Assembly: GCA_013265495.1 (NCBI GenBank)
Contig: MU058337.1
Coordinates: 2,324,686-2,388,685, forward strand
From: Vicugna vicugna
Lineage: Eukaryota
DNA: 64,000 nt
Direction: 5' to 3'
In this document: piece after piece, positions 11,620 to 25,480 of the stretch
Position numbering within the stretch: the first letter of the stretch is position 1
Layout: each line of letters starts with the position of its first letter
The notes under the pieces: generated by a model
The model's input: the letters and a program-made list of their open reading frames with translations, nothing else
Told to the model about the DNA's origin: nothing
The model's database searches: none
Translations under genes and position numbers: made by a program

Positions 11620-14600
11620 AAGTTCTACAGGAGCTTTCAATAAATGGGTCAGGAATTAGAGACCGCAGACAAAACCCCATTACATTTCTCTTAATATTTG
11701 TTGCTCTTTTGGTCTTTCCTCTTTCCGTTGTGATTGGCTGAAAATTCAAAAAGAAAAAAAAAAGCTAAACAAATAAGTAAGCGCAAAAGCAAAATGATAT
11801 TTGTTTGGGGAGAGCACAGAAGAGACAGGTGGAGAGGCTCTGTTGTACTCGGGAAAGAAGCTCGTGGTGGTGATCAGGAGACAGAGAAAGAGAGGGCCCC
11901 CCTCCCCATGAGACAGCTCATTCGCACCTGAATTCTGAGAAAACTACACAAAGCCTACGTGCATGTTAGTATTCTATAAATGGTTATTGAACAAATGGAG
12001 GAGTGACTATATCAGTGAATGGATGATAAAGTCAATCTGCGTTAACAACGAGCGGCGCATAAAGGAGGAGACAACTTTGGACAAAATTTGACTGAACGTC
12101 GGGGGTCAGTTGTTTTTCATTCAACACATGTTTCGTTGAGTCTCTGGCATCTCCTACACACCAGACATGGTTCTTGATGCCTGGGATAAAGACCGAACAA
12201 AGCAAAGACTTGCTCTCTTGGAGACGCCGTCTCGTGGTTTAGCACGAGGGCATGTGGGGAAAATCAGACTTTGTGCCGTGCATTGTTTCTGAGACACAGT
12301 TGGGCTGGAGTGGCCCAGGAGCAGAGCAGCAAGATCAGCAGGTTTAAAATGTCTTCCACACACTCTTTTCCATGGAAAGAGCAGAGAAGTTCTAGTTTCT
12401 GGGCAACTAGAAAGTCACTTTTCCTTTGTATCCCCCAGAAAAAATGTAATCAATCCCTTCTTGAGCAAAAAGGAAAAGAGTGACCTTTCTCTCCGGGGTT
12501 TTATACACGGCTGTAAAGTCACGATTGGTGTGAAGGTGCCCCTGCTCTGTTCAGTTGGAATAGTAACACAGGACCCAGCATCTCTCAGTGCCAACGGATC
12601 ATTCAACGTGTGCATCCGTGATGCAACTACACAATGGGGAGATCCTGTGGAGATTCTGTAATGAAAATAACATACTGGGACCTCCCACTGAATCTGAAGA
12701 AAAGATCTATTTGAAAAATGCATTGGTATAAGATACACTTGTGTGAAAAACGACAGTCTTTCAAATAGAAATGTGGCTGGATGGTTAAGATGTTGTTCTG
12801 ACGAAGGTCAACTTAGGACTGAATTTCTAATGAGCTGCTTTGGGTGTGTTATCACTGCATAACTGGTTGGTCAGATGCGCCCAGCAAACTAGGGATGTTT
12901 TGCGGTATGAACCACATTACAGACTGTTAAGTGATACTGAACAGTAGAGATCTTGTAAAAATTATTTTGAATGATAGATCCTATTTTGGGGCAAAGGCTG
13001 AAATATAAGCGGTTAAATCTATTTTTAATAAAGTTTGACAGTCAAACGAATTAATGTCCAGGGCACAGAATTAATTCTGGAAACGATTCTCAAAGCTCTC
13101 GTGTTATTTTAAAAAACCATGTGCCTATTTTAGGAATTAAAATTTCTCTAGTGTTGCCAGGTAGCTATCTCAAAAACATGTTTTTGTGTCACATTTAATT
13201 TGTTATTAAATACTTATTAATTAGTCTTTTTTTTAGAACAATCTATTTTCTCTGAAAATACTTCACAAGTAAATTTTAAAAATGCCTTTAGTTTACGATT
13301 TTTACATTTACATTAGTTTATTTTATGTGAAGTTTTAAAATTTTTTTTATATTCATTTGAGTAAAATTATTTTTATAAGTATAATATTTTAAGTATGTAA
13401 CCCAGAAGTAAATCACTAACCTAGCTGGACTTAGGAAAATGGTAGAAATTATAGGTGATTGCCTGAACCCAAACTGGGGTATCTCAGTTTCGACAGACCA
13501 CTGTGTCTTTGGAGGACTGAGCCACAGTAAGATTAACCCTCCAGGTCCCAGGTCTGGGAGGGGTGAGGGGTCAGAGCTACTGATGGAATGGCCACTTTAT
13601 ACCAAATGGGCTTGACTGGGTGGAGTGAAGGCCTGGGATTGGAAGGAGAATTGGGGGAGACAGGCAACAGAAAGGGAGGATGATTGTCAGCTCTTTGGCT
13701 CAACCTGTGAGCATGAATACATTTCATCCACATGTTGCCAGTGGGTTCTCAGAAGAATTTCTAGAGGACATCCTTAGCAGTGGAAGGATGTTGAAACACT
13801 CGGAGGTGCTAACATGAGCCCTTGGTGCTTCCGGAATGTTGGAGCGATGCATGAAGACAGGCCGTCAGGGCGCTGATCACCAGGCACCTGGAGACACTGA
13901 GACCGGATGATGGCTCAGATGCCTTTGGCCCCACCAGGTAATGCAGCGGAATGAAGTGAGTTGGGAGGTAGGGAACTGGGAGTGACTGGAACTCTAGCGT
14001 AGCTGGCCAAAGAGTTCGTGCTTTGTCTGTAGCCCTTCTCCAGATTCAGAGGAAAAGAAAGACCTGTTTTTTTATCCCCACTTCCTTTTTCACACCCACA
14101 TCGTAAATCACCCGGAGAGAGAACTGAGCCTGCTGACCTCCTCTCTCCTGCCTTTTTTTGGTACCTCATCTGTAACTTAAAAATGAAAAAAGCCCTATGT
14201 TTCAGGGACAAGTGAATGTTTCGGTGTGAAGAGAAGGCATCATCTCACATTCTGTACCAGTGCCCCTGGATGCAAATGATTGTGGATATTGAAAACACAG
14301 CACTTACTGTGGGAATTATGAACCAAACTGATTATTGTATCTCGTAGCTCTAAATGTGGTCTATTTGAAAATTCAGAACATGGACAGTTAGAAATGTATC
14401 CTTTCAGTATTTAAAGCTGAGAAAGAAAATAAAAAGTGAGAAATTCCAGTGCCTGGATATTCCCAGGCTAATTTCTAGACAAGTGAATTTTGATAAATTC
14501 AAGTTTCAGATAAGAACATTTTTTTTCTTCTCTCAGTTTTTTTTAAATGGTGAGTAAAAATGTCCCTGGGAGAGCTGGAAAAATTAGTAATAGATTGTAT

Positions 14601-15469
14601 CAATGTGGAGAATTATTGAGATAAGATTTTAGTAAATTGGTGTAAGGATGAGAACATCCAATGATTATTATTTAGGGTGGATTTAATAAAAATGTGTATG
14701 TATAGACACGTGGGTGTTTCTAAAAGATTAGTGCAGAGTTCTTAGTTTTCCTTTATGGGGAATACCCAAAATAAGTGTGAATAATTGAAGCCATTATATA
14801 CACATTTTCCACCAAAATTCTGTAAGTAGTAAGTATATAGACACTTTTCCACTAAAATTCTGTAACTTTCTTTTTAATGAAAAATGTTCGGATTTCAAAG
14901 GTTCAGGAAGTCATATTTTTCAGCCTAAATAACCCAGATAATTTCACAATCAATTTTTGCTTTACTTTGCCTACAGAAATTCCACTCTTTGAGGAATATA
15001 ATTTAGCTGTTGATAAATCTGAAACACTTTAACCTCCCCACATGAGAGCATGCCACAGAATGAAAATTTACCTTTTGGGTCTCAAATGTACCAAACACAG
15101 TTTCTGGGGTCAATTTCCTCTCCTTTTCCAAATTTGTTTGGGGGACACAAGTCCTTTGACAAGGGAACCATTTTAGCACCAACAGGACAAAAGCTCTTCT
15201 GTTCATAAGGGAAATCTCCTCCCCTGAATTAAATTTAACCTCTTTACTACCTCCATTTAGCCACCTGATAAATGCGCTTGAGCTATCTTTTGGAGAGGGA
15301 GAGGTATATGGGAACAATAACACTTCCTTTTTGAGCACTTTAATAAAGCTTTGTGAGATTTCAAGATGAAAGATAATGTGTAATGCTGATAGTGCCCTCC
15401 AAAGCTCTGTATTCATGGATCCAATTACTTTTTTTGCCCTGGTAAAAGCCACAGTGGATATATTAAATG

Positions 15470-15605
15470 GGAGTGTGGCTTAAGAATTAAGGCCCCGGAG
15501 TCTGGGTATCTGGTTTCTGAGGTTGACTTAACTTCTGCTTTCTTATCTAACTATGGGTATGCAGCTTAACTTCTTTGCCTCAGTGTCTCTTTCCATAAAG
15601 TGCCT
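15470..15605 (+). mobile_element. MIR SINE fragment
   Basis: gtggcttaaga..ctggagtc..cttaacttctttgcctcagtgtctctttccataaa. Confidence 0.55.
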
Positions 15606-16249
15606 AGCAAATATCTAAGAAATGCTTTTAAAATGACAGGGCAAATTGCCATTTGGAATCGCGCTGGCATTGTCCAGGAAAAAAATGAGGTGAGTGTTAG
15701 CAAAGGGAAGGACTTTCTTCTGCTTAATTTTGGGTTTATCGTAAGTTTTCCTTTTTAAAAGTCATGCGATTTCTGGAAGAGGAATGACATTTTCAAAGCC
15801 TTAAAGACACTTGTACAAGAATGCTCTGTCAACGCTTCTTTATTTCTCACGAACGTTTTGATGCTGGCGTTTCTCCAACTTCCCCCCCTCCCCATTCCAA
15901 GTGGAAGAGAGTAACTGAGATGCAAACTTTTCCAATTCTGGAATGTTTTTTGGGGGTTGATTCCTTTCATATATATATATATATAATTTTTTTTTACAAA
16001 TATATGCCCATCAGATTTTATTACATTCTATTTGTATATGGGGTTACTGAGTTCAGATACTTCCCAAGCTCTCAGATTGACTCACTTAACTATGAATAAT
16101 TGGTTATAAATTTGTAGAAGTATCTGATTTTATTTGACAAAATTTGAGTGGATAGAACGTTGTCTTTTATTGATGAATCTATTGCCCATTGTCTTGAGAC
16201 AATCTTAATAGCTGAAAGGTGACATGAGAGACAACATCTATGAGTTTGG

Positions 16250-16387
16250 GGGTTTTTTTGATTGAAGTATAGTCAGTTACAATGTGTCGATTTCTGGTGT
16301 ACAGCAGTGTCCCTCCTGGTTATGCATATGTGGACATCTATTCATTTTCATATTCTTTTTCATTAAATGTTATTACAGAATATGAAT
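16250..16387 (-). mobile_element. Short 3' fragment of lineage-specific (camelid-like) L1
   Basis: ttttttgattgaagtatagtcagttacaatgtgtcgatttctggtgtacagc, similar to copies at 45535 and 53532. Confidence 0.75.
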
Positions 16388-16736
16388 TGTTAAAAGATAA
16401 ACTGAGACATATTCAAGATTTTAAGTGTTTATTTGAGCCAATTAATTCCATTTGAATTAATCACCAAACAGGAAGTGATTAGCAGCACTCCACCAACGAG
16501 GGTTGGGGGAGAGGCTTTTAGAGGGAAAACATGGAGGCAAAAAGCAAGGAAATTATGCACATGGGGTTGCCTTATTCAGAAAAGCCTAGTTGTCTGATTG
16601 GTTATCCTTTGGTTTGTAACCTTGAGGCATTTATGGATTTAGGTTCCGGTTTTCCACTTTCTTTTTCTACTATTGTAGTTACTAAAGCATCAAATCTACC
16701 TCTGTCTAATGGCTTGCTTGTTTAATTAATTTAACA
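16388..16736. mobile_element. ERV-type solo LTR
   Basis: TG...CA ends with short terminal inverted repeat tgttaaa...tttaaca; LTR-like internal motifs (tttatt, ctgattgg). Confidence 0.6.
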
Positions 16737-18294
16737 GCAGCAAATGACCATGCTCTTAAAATATGCATGCCAGATATATGTTCTACTAGAAATAAGCAGT
16801 GTTCTGAGTATACATTTTGTTAAGATGTTTAGCCAACTAAAACAAGCTCTTTCTCTAGGATGCCTGTGATTGTGTCATTCAGGTATTTTTGGAAGGGCTG
16901 TTGTGATTCGCCACCTGGACTATGTTCTCAGTGAATCAAAGATACAAACATCAAGTGTTTGGCTATAACAAATTCATTCAGTATCTAGAAATGGTTTTCA
17001 TTACTTACAGTGACTCAAATAAGTTATCATAAAAATACTCAATATAGGTAAATTAAATACAAATATTTTTAAATTAGGCTATCTGTTCTAGAATCGAGAG
17101 TCCTAACTTCAGCTCTTCTTGCCAAGTAAATTTCTAGCCTATGAGTGATTTTCACAGGATTCAATCTACAGTGTGTTCTTGCCTAATTCTTTCTTCCAGA
17201 GGTAATTTTAGGAAGAAAATTGAAGACATAAGCTTCATTTTGGAGATATGAGAATTTATTTAATTCACTTTCCTGTAGTGCAAAGATTAGGTGGCTCTGA
17301 TTAGAACTCTAGACTGAGAACGGGTAGAAATAACCCTTTGGAGGACTCATCTAAATTTAACTTTGCTTCAGACCAATAAACTGTAGCCCCTACTACTGTG
17401 TAGACAGATGATAGCTCATCAGGATGACTGAAAAATCGCTGTGGAATTGAGCTGTAATAGTCCTGTTGCTGTGCCTGTAAATATCATGTCACTGAGGGAC
17501 TCTTGTATTTTCTCCTTTATATTTTACTGTGGCAAACTGAAGGGCCTCAGGAATATTGTAAATGACAAATTAAAATAGCCTCAAGATAAAATATGAAATG
17601 CCATTGCTAAATTATCAGGTTTGAAAAAAAGGAAACAAAAGTGGATCATTGCATCAGAAGCATTTTTTAAAAATCTTCTTTCGCATCTGATTCTAGCTTC
17701 ATCTCTTTTTCATACAAGCCCGAAAAGGTAAAATAAAATCATTTAAACTTTGCTTAAATTCTACTGTGGCTAACTTACAGAAATTTTTTTTAAATTGGAA
17801 AATAACCAGCCCCTATTACCTAAATAAATACTTACTAAAAAATCTGCCATGAAGGAGATGAGAAAGATAGAATCGGATGTTGCAGCCGGGCAGAGTTTGA
17901 GTGTTAGGTCATCAAATTGTTGAAAAGAATCTGAAAAAGATGTTTTATATGTTTTACATTAAAACAAACAAAAAAGAGGACTGGAGTAGTCAGTCTGAAA
18001 TTCGTACTTTTCCTTTTTCATAGTATCATTGTGATGCTCATTTTCTACTTATTTCCCCCTTTCTCTATAGCTTTGTTGCTCTCAAAGTGTAACTCAACAT
18101 TACAACGTTACATCTTTAAAGGGTGCTTTTAAAGATGGATATTTTATAGATGATCCAGATTTATTGCTGGTAGAGGGCTTGGCAATCTGCACATTTAGCA
18201 AAGTTTCCAAGTAATTCTTGGAAGAAATAAAATTTACGAACAGCTACTAGAAAGAATATGATGAGAAAATATGAAGAAATCAATGAATACCTTC

Positions 18295-20102
18295 TTTTTT
18301 TTTAAATTATGACTTTTTATTAGAGCAGTTTTAAGCTTTCAGCAAAATCGAAGGGAAGGTACAAAGATTTCCCATCTATTTCCTGTCCCCTCACATTCAT
18401 AGCCTCCCCTGTTTTCAACATCACTCACCAAAATGGTCCATTTTTTACCAAGGATGAACCTACATTGACACATCAAAATCACCTAAGTTCATAGTTTATG
18501 TTAGACTTCACTCTTGGACGATGTCACATGTCCATCATGCCAGCATACAGAGCACTTTCACGCCCCTGAAGGTGCTCCACACTCTGCCTGTTCCTCGCTC
18601 CCTGTTCCCACCCTCTGACAACCGCTAATTGTTTCATTGTTCCACAGCTTTGCCTTTTCTCGAATGTCGTATAATTGGAATTGTACAGTATGTAGTCTTT
18701 TCAGATAGGCTTCTTTTACTTAATGATATGCATTTAAGGTGCTTCCATGCCTCTTCATGATTTGTTAGCTTATTTTATTTTTTAATGCTGAATAATATTC
18801 CGTTGTCTGGATTACCAGTTTATTTGTTCATTCCCCTATTGAAGGACATCTTGGTTGCTTCCGAGTTTTGGCAATTATAAATAAAGCTGCTGTAAACATC
18901 TACGTGCAGGTTTTTGTGGGGACATAAGTTTTTAACTCCTTTGGGTAAATACCAAGAACTACAGTTACTAGATCATATGGTAAGAATATGTTTAATTTTG
19001 TAAGAAATTGACAAATTGTATTCCAAAGTGGCTGTACCATTTTGCATTCGCACTAGCAATGAATGAAAGTTCCTGTTGCCGCACATCCTCACCAGCATTT
19101 GTTGTCAGCATTCCAGATTTTGACCACTCTGATAGGTGTGTGGTGCAAGCTCATTGTTGTAATTTGCATCTCCCTGATGACATATGATGTGCAGCATCTT
19201 TTCATATGCTTATTTGCCATCTGTATCTCATCACTGGTGAAGTATCTGAGTCTTTGGCCCCTTTTTAAAGTTAGGTTGTTTTTTCATTGTTGAGTTTCGA
19301 AACTTCTTTGTATATTTTAGATAATAGTCTTTTATCAGATAAATATGCCTTTTGGAAATATTCTTTCCCAGTCTGTGCCTTATCTTCTCATTTTCTTGAC
19401 ATTTTCTTTTGCAAAGCTGGCATTTTTAATATTAATTAAGTCTAGCTTATCAATTATTTCTTTCATGGATTGTGTCTTCAGTGTTGTATCTAAAAAAAAA
19501 TCACTATACTTAAGGCCATATGGGTTTTCTTCTATGTTATCTGCTAGGAGTTTTAAAATCTTGTGTTTTACATTTAGGTATGTGATCTATTTTGAGTTAC
19601 ATTTTGTAAAGGGTGTAAGGTCTGTGTGTAGACTCATTTTCTTGAATATGGATGTCCAGTTGTTCCAAGACAGAAAGACAGTCTACACCATTGTACTGTC
19701 CTTGTTTCCTTGTCAATGATCAGCTGACTGTATACGTCTAGTTCTGGGCTCTCTAGTCTTTTCTGTCGTTTCATGTGTCTATTCTCTCATCAGTATCTCT
19801 CTGTCTTAATTATTGTAGCTTTCTTGTTTAAGGTTGTAAGGTGGTGTCAGTCCTCCACCTTGGCTCGTCTTCAGTATTGTGTTGGCTCTTCTGGGTCTTT
19901 GGCCTCTACATGTAAACTGTAGAATCAGTTTTTCAATATCTACAAAATAACGTATTGGGTTTTTGATTGCTATTGCGTTGAATTCATAGATCAAGTGGGT
20001 AGAGCTGCCCGCTTGACAGTATTGAATCTTCCTACCCATGATTATGGGCTATATCCCCATTGATTTAGTTTTTCTTTGATTTTATTCATCACAGTTTTGG
20101 AA
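18295..20102 (-). mobile_element. L1 3' portion (L1MB/L1MC-like), about 1.8 kb
   Basis: T-rich tail then ttagagcagtttta..cagcaaaatcg..gtacaaagatttccca; ORF2 C-terminal remnant (ORF 19806-20039 IYEFNAIAIK..YFVDIEKLILQF). Confidence 0.9.
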
Positions 20103-23100
20103 ACACTTATTTTAAAAAGAGTTTTAAAAGCGAACACCATATTATAGAGAAATAAGGAATTTTTGAGCTAAAAGGTAATTAAAATAGTTTATTCTGATAT
20201 TTAAAAAAATCCGGAGAGGTTGTTTTCATAAGGTCCAGGATAAGCACTTAGTCTTCTTATGCTTCAAAGTTTAAAGTGAAATAGATTTATTCTCTGCATG
20301 GGGAACAGTAGGTGATTCAAATCCACGGTCATCTGTGTAAGTATTTCTGTGGCATCTGAAAATAAAAGTCTGGCTGTTCTTTCCTTCCTTCCTCTTCCTC
20401 CTTCCCTGTCTTCTCTCCTACAGCAATACTTAAATGGACAAATATGTCCATGAACGCTATTACCTTTGGACATACATGCCGTTCTAGTGAGTGCAGAGAT
20501 GACAGGAATTCTCCAGTTTACCTAATTTTGCAGCAATTGTTGGTTAGAATGAAACTACAAATAAACACTCTGATAAATGCAGCATGTTGCTTAAAATACG
20601 CAGAGTATGCTTTGAGATCTACCCCAAACGAAGGGTGACTCCTTTGTCTGGGTAAGACTACCCTTCAAGTCATTAATTTCAGTAAAACAAAAATATCGAG
20701 ATGCCAAGAAACAAAAGTTAAATGTGGTGCCTCCGCTCTTCATTCCACATCAAATTTTGTGCTCAGACAACACTTAACACAGGTATAGCTGCCTTAACGC
20801 TCAGTAGCTTATGATCGAACGGTCCACATTTTTCCCTGTGATTACCAGGGGGTTATTTTTTCTGTGACAAGGCTTTTCCTCCCTTCTGCATAAGGCAGTG
20901 TTTGGAGGGGATCTTTGGTTATCTGGGTATAAACAATTCATTTAATTTTGATACATTAAGGAAATGGAGTATGATAGTGTTTGTAGGAACAAATATTAAA
21001 GGATTGAAATGAACCAAAAAGATTAGCAAATGACTGTCTAGCACGATCCTCCAAGATGTCTCTGCCTTTCATAGTTTTTGAGCTAACTTATAGCTTTGTA
21101 AATTATAAGAAAATAATATTAATGCAAATTAGTTTCTTTAAAAATTGCAAAGCTATTGTATCCAGTGAAATGCAGTTGATTATTGACCTGTGAATAGACC
21201 TGTTTTACCTACACATGACTTTAAATTTCCCTTTGAAATAGTTGTAATATCTTACTGTTTCTCCCATTAGTTAATGATGTAAGTAAAATGTTTATGTGTT
21301 CATTTCACATCCTTCATGAACTTATAATTAAACTTTTTAAAATACATTATCATTTAGCATTAATTTACCTTCTAGACAACAAGCACCCCCTTCTTTACTT
21401 TCTAGCAAGCAGCAAAAAGGTTTTTGAAATTCTGCTCCATTGACTTGGAATCTAGCCTTTATAAGTCATAAATATCTAATAAATAATATAGTTTATATTA
21501 GTGAATGTGCCATTTGGTATTTTGTTGGTTGATTTTAAAATGGTGAAAATAAAAAGATGTGAACTAAAAAGCATTCTTAATTTATTTGTCATGATGATTT
21601 AAAAAAAAAGGGAACTGAGCTGAGTTACCAGTATGGCTACACATAGAAATTTTTATTTCCTAAAAATCTGGAACATAAAGCATTATAGTCTCCTTGATAC
21701 GTAACAAAGATCCTGGCTTTATACTTAGAAATCATTTCTGGTAATCCTTCAGAGCTCATTTTTCCTCTCCATAGTTTGTTCTGATTATAGACAACTCCAG
21801 CCTCTCTCCCCACAAAAAAATTTCTAAATGAGCAAGAGGATTAATTGAGTAAAGAAAGATATCAAGCCTGCAGACAAAAAAAATGGATCAAATTATGGTC
21901 AGACAGATTAGCCAAGTAAAAATCCAGCAGTGGGAATTTATTATAAAAGCAAGTAATAAGAGATCATCCAAGAAATGGAAAACTTTAAAATAGTTCTCAA
22001 TGTGGGACAAAAGGGACATGGTAAGATTTTCTTTGTATTCAACAGAAACTGGGAAAACACAACTGTCAGAAGATTAAATGTTACTTGTGAATGTTTAGAA
22101 ATAGAATGAAAATAAATGAGGTAATTATAGAAAATTTTCTTCACTCGGTTCCCCTGTATATCACAAAAAGTTTGATATTTCTTTTTTTTTTCCTTTACAA
22201 ATTTAAGGCTTTCTTTTATAAGAGCTGTGACAGGAAGAAGGAATGATACTGCAAAAGTCAATTTGAACATATTTTATTTTTGAGTACTGAAACCATATTG
22301 GGAGGTAATTTATAACCTTGAGTTTGTAAAATCTGTTACTTTTCACTCATTGTTAACTTTAGAACATAAGGCCCTAATAAAAATATGACATGAAAGAATT
22401 AGTTTTAATTCAGAGAAAGTTTATAGGATGAAGCAGAGGAAATACAGCCGGGACAAAAAGCATGTTGCACCGAGGAGGTTAAGAACATCAAAGAACATTC
22501 TCCCCTTCAGTATTTTGGCTTCAGTATTCGGTCTAATACCAGCATTATTGAAGTATATGGTATAGTTCTTAAATATCTAAACAGGATGATCAATCTCTCC
22601 GACCTGTAGAAAAATTGAGATACCTTACTGACTTCCTTCTGAAGCCTGTTGACTTCTGGTGACTTTCCTAACTTTAAACTTGCTTTTAAAAAGTGAGGCT
22701 TGATCTGATGAAAATATACATTTGGAAAAAAATTCCATTATCCCAACATTCCTTATTTATGAATTTGTGTAGCTATCAAGGGAGGTGTATTCCAAGATCT
22801 CTCTTCCCTTCATGTCTGGCTTCACACTGTTTGTCCACAATTCTTTTCATAATATTTTATTTTGATGCCACAAAACTAGGGACGAGTCTCTGGAGGAAAC
22901 AGTGTTCCAAGGCGCGGCCATCATTAAGAGACAATAAGCTTGTTTTCATTCCAACAGTCTTAGCTTTGTTAAAGGCTAAGTGGAAGAAATGAACATACTG
23001 CACGCCTTACAAAGGAAATTGTGTCTAATTAGTTTGCTTCTCAAATTATTTCGTGAGGCATTGATTAGACTATAAATATGTTTTATTATCAGATGCTCTC

Positions 23101-23343
23101 AGCTAACGTTTATAATTTTTTATTGTTGTTAAAGATGGTCTATTAATTGAAATAAGATTATTCTACTAAATACAAGTAAATAAAATTACTAGGGTAGCCA
23201 GGATATTCCACTAACCGCACATTTTGGTCAGAAATTAAAAATAGGATGAGCCAAATCTAAAATGAAGCATTCAAATATTGTCTGTATCCTTCAGAAAAAA
23301 ATTTAATTTAGAAAATCTGTGTATTAGTTATGCTATCAAGGGC

Positions 23344-23850
23344 TGTGCTAGACAGAATAATAGCCCTCCAAAGATGGCCAGGTCCTTGACTCTGTAACCT
23401 GTGGATATATTACCTCATGCAGCATAAGGAGTTTTGCAGGTGTGATGAACGTTAAGGACCTTGCCATGGAAGAGTAGCCTGGTATATCCATGTGGGGCCA
23501 ATCTAATTACATGTGTCCTTAAAAGCAGAGAACGTTTCCCAGCCTTGGTAAGAGAGAGGTGTTGCAGAGAGTGGTTACTGAGATGCAACCTGGCTGACTT
23601 TCAAGATGGCAGAGGGAGCTCTGGAGCCAAGGGATGCTGGCAGCCTTGAAAAGCTGGGAAGGCAGGTGAGCAAACTGCCCCCACCAGAGCCTCCAGGAGC
23701 AGTGCAGCCCTGACTACACCTTCGTTATAACTGGAGAGACCTGTGTCGAACTTCTGACACATAGAATTGTGAGACAATGAATGTGTGTGTAGGTCTTTAA
23801 CCACTAAATTTATGGTAGTTTGCTCTGGCAGTGATACAAAGTTAACACAA
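23344..23850 (+). mobile_element. MaLR LTR (MLT1D-like)
   Basis: tgtgctagacagaataatagccctccaaagatg...gtgatgaacgttaaggacctt...ccactaaatttatggtagtttg. Confidence 0.85.
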
Positions 23851-25314
23851 GGTGTTATCTTGGCATGTAATATTTTAACTATGAGAGTTTAGAAAAGCTC
23901 TATGAAGCAACTATAATTATGTCTTTTTGAAAAAAAAACATAACTCTCTAGGATTTAAAAAAATTAAGCATAGACATATAATTAAATGAGGAACCATAGA
24001 CCTAGGATTGAGTTTGTGCGTGTAGGTATTTATCAGGTGCTGTTTTGCAGATTTTCATGTGAAAGCAAGATCACTACCTTAAATTCTTTAAATTCTCTGC
24101 TTTCAAAGACTCGTGTGATTCGATTAGCCCCGCGTGGATAATCCGGGTTACCCTCCCTACCTCAAGATCCTGAACAATAATCGCAGCTGCAAAACCCCTT
24201 CTGCTACCTAATGTAGTATTTTACGAACAGAGCATGAGATTGAGAGAAAGGATTTAATTTGGGGTATTTCATGCAGAGATAGTTCTGTCTATAAACACTG
24301 AAAAATCTTCTATAAGTTTCACAAGGTGCATGTCCCAGTCTATAAGTGTGGAGGGTTACTGACATCCCAGCAACCAAAGGTTATTCTTCATGAATTGGGA
24401 AACTGACTCGAGATCAGTATTGTGGTGGTTAATCCCTTCTGTAAATGGTATAATACTAAATGAGTGTTAGCCATTTTCACTTAAAGCACTTGGTTATTTT
24501 ACTGAGTCCCCACATGTAGACATTCAAGACTGCAGTGATAGGTCTTGTCCAGGTTTCTAAATTTTTAAAGCGACAGCTTGCCACACCTGATGACAGTTTT
24601 TAGGATATAAATCTGGGAAATGTGGAGAAATCAGGAATGATTTAGCCTACAGATTTTGTAAGCAGGAGAGGTCGTGTGCATGGTGGATGTGTTTATACTG
24701 TTCACAACTTAGAGCTTAGTGAGCAGCTGCAGACGTAGCCAGGGCACATCTTTGTGGGGCTCCATTGCTGCTGTGGGCTGATGACAAACCTCTCACTTAG
24801 TGTCTTGCTGGACACCGTAGGCATCAGTCAGCAGCTGGCTCCAGGCCAGAAGTAAGAGCGCCGATGGATTCTCTTAGCAGGTGCACCCATGAGACCCCCT
24901 GGAGGGACTAGGACGCTCTGGGATCCCTAGGGTGTGGGATACATGCCTCTAGCTGGCATGGTGGGAAGCCCATTGACCTCTGCAGACTTCCCTTGGCTGA
25001 GCTCATTCACAAGGCTCTGTGCGAACGCACAGCACCGACCACTGATAGAGGGCCCAGGAAAGCACTGCGGCCAGAGAGACTCTAAATGTGGTAGACACGG
25101 GACAAAAACAGGTATCCGTGTGGACTGAGGACTTACCCATCAAAACGAGGATCTTGTTCTAAGTATCACAAAACGTGGAGCTGGTTAATGTGATGTTTTT
25201 TATAGCATGTAACTCGCATACCCGTAGTAGGAGCCACGCCCAGTCTCTTGGCTTGGCAGCGTCAGAGGATATGACCGTCCTGAGAGAGAGAGAGACTCTA
25301 GAACCATCGTGGCA

Positions 25315-25480
25315 GCCCCTAGCAATACAGGAATGTTTAAATTAATTAAAATAGCCAGTTCCTGAGCAACACTGGCCACGTTTCAAGTACTCAACAGCCA
25401 CACGTGACCAGCTACCATATTAGACAGCCCAGATTTAGACCATTTCCATCACCGCAGAAAGCTCTGCTTCACAGTACTTT
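25315..25480. mobile_element. hAT-Charlie MITE (MER3/MER33-like)
   Basis: ctggccacgtttcaagtactcaacagccacacgtg...catttccatcaccgcagaaagctctg. Confidence 0.75.

Noticed and set aside
14801..14865. Short imperfect direct repeat (ttttccac.aaaattctgtaa, two copies)
   Set aside because: Only two copies; an ordinary local duplication, not an array.
15003..15452. 149-aa minus-strand ORF
   Set aside because: Non-ATG start, no recognisable protein features and no supporting splice structure; probably a chance ORF.
19063..20039. ORFs in the L1
   Set aside because: Antisense or fragmentary L1 ORF2 remnants, not host genes.
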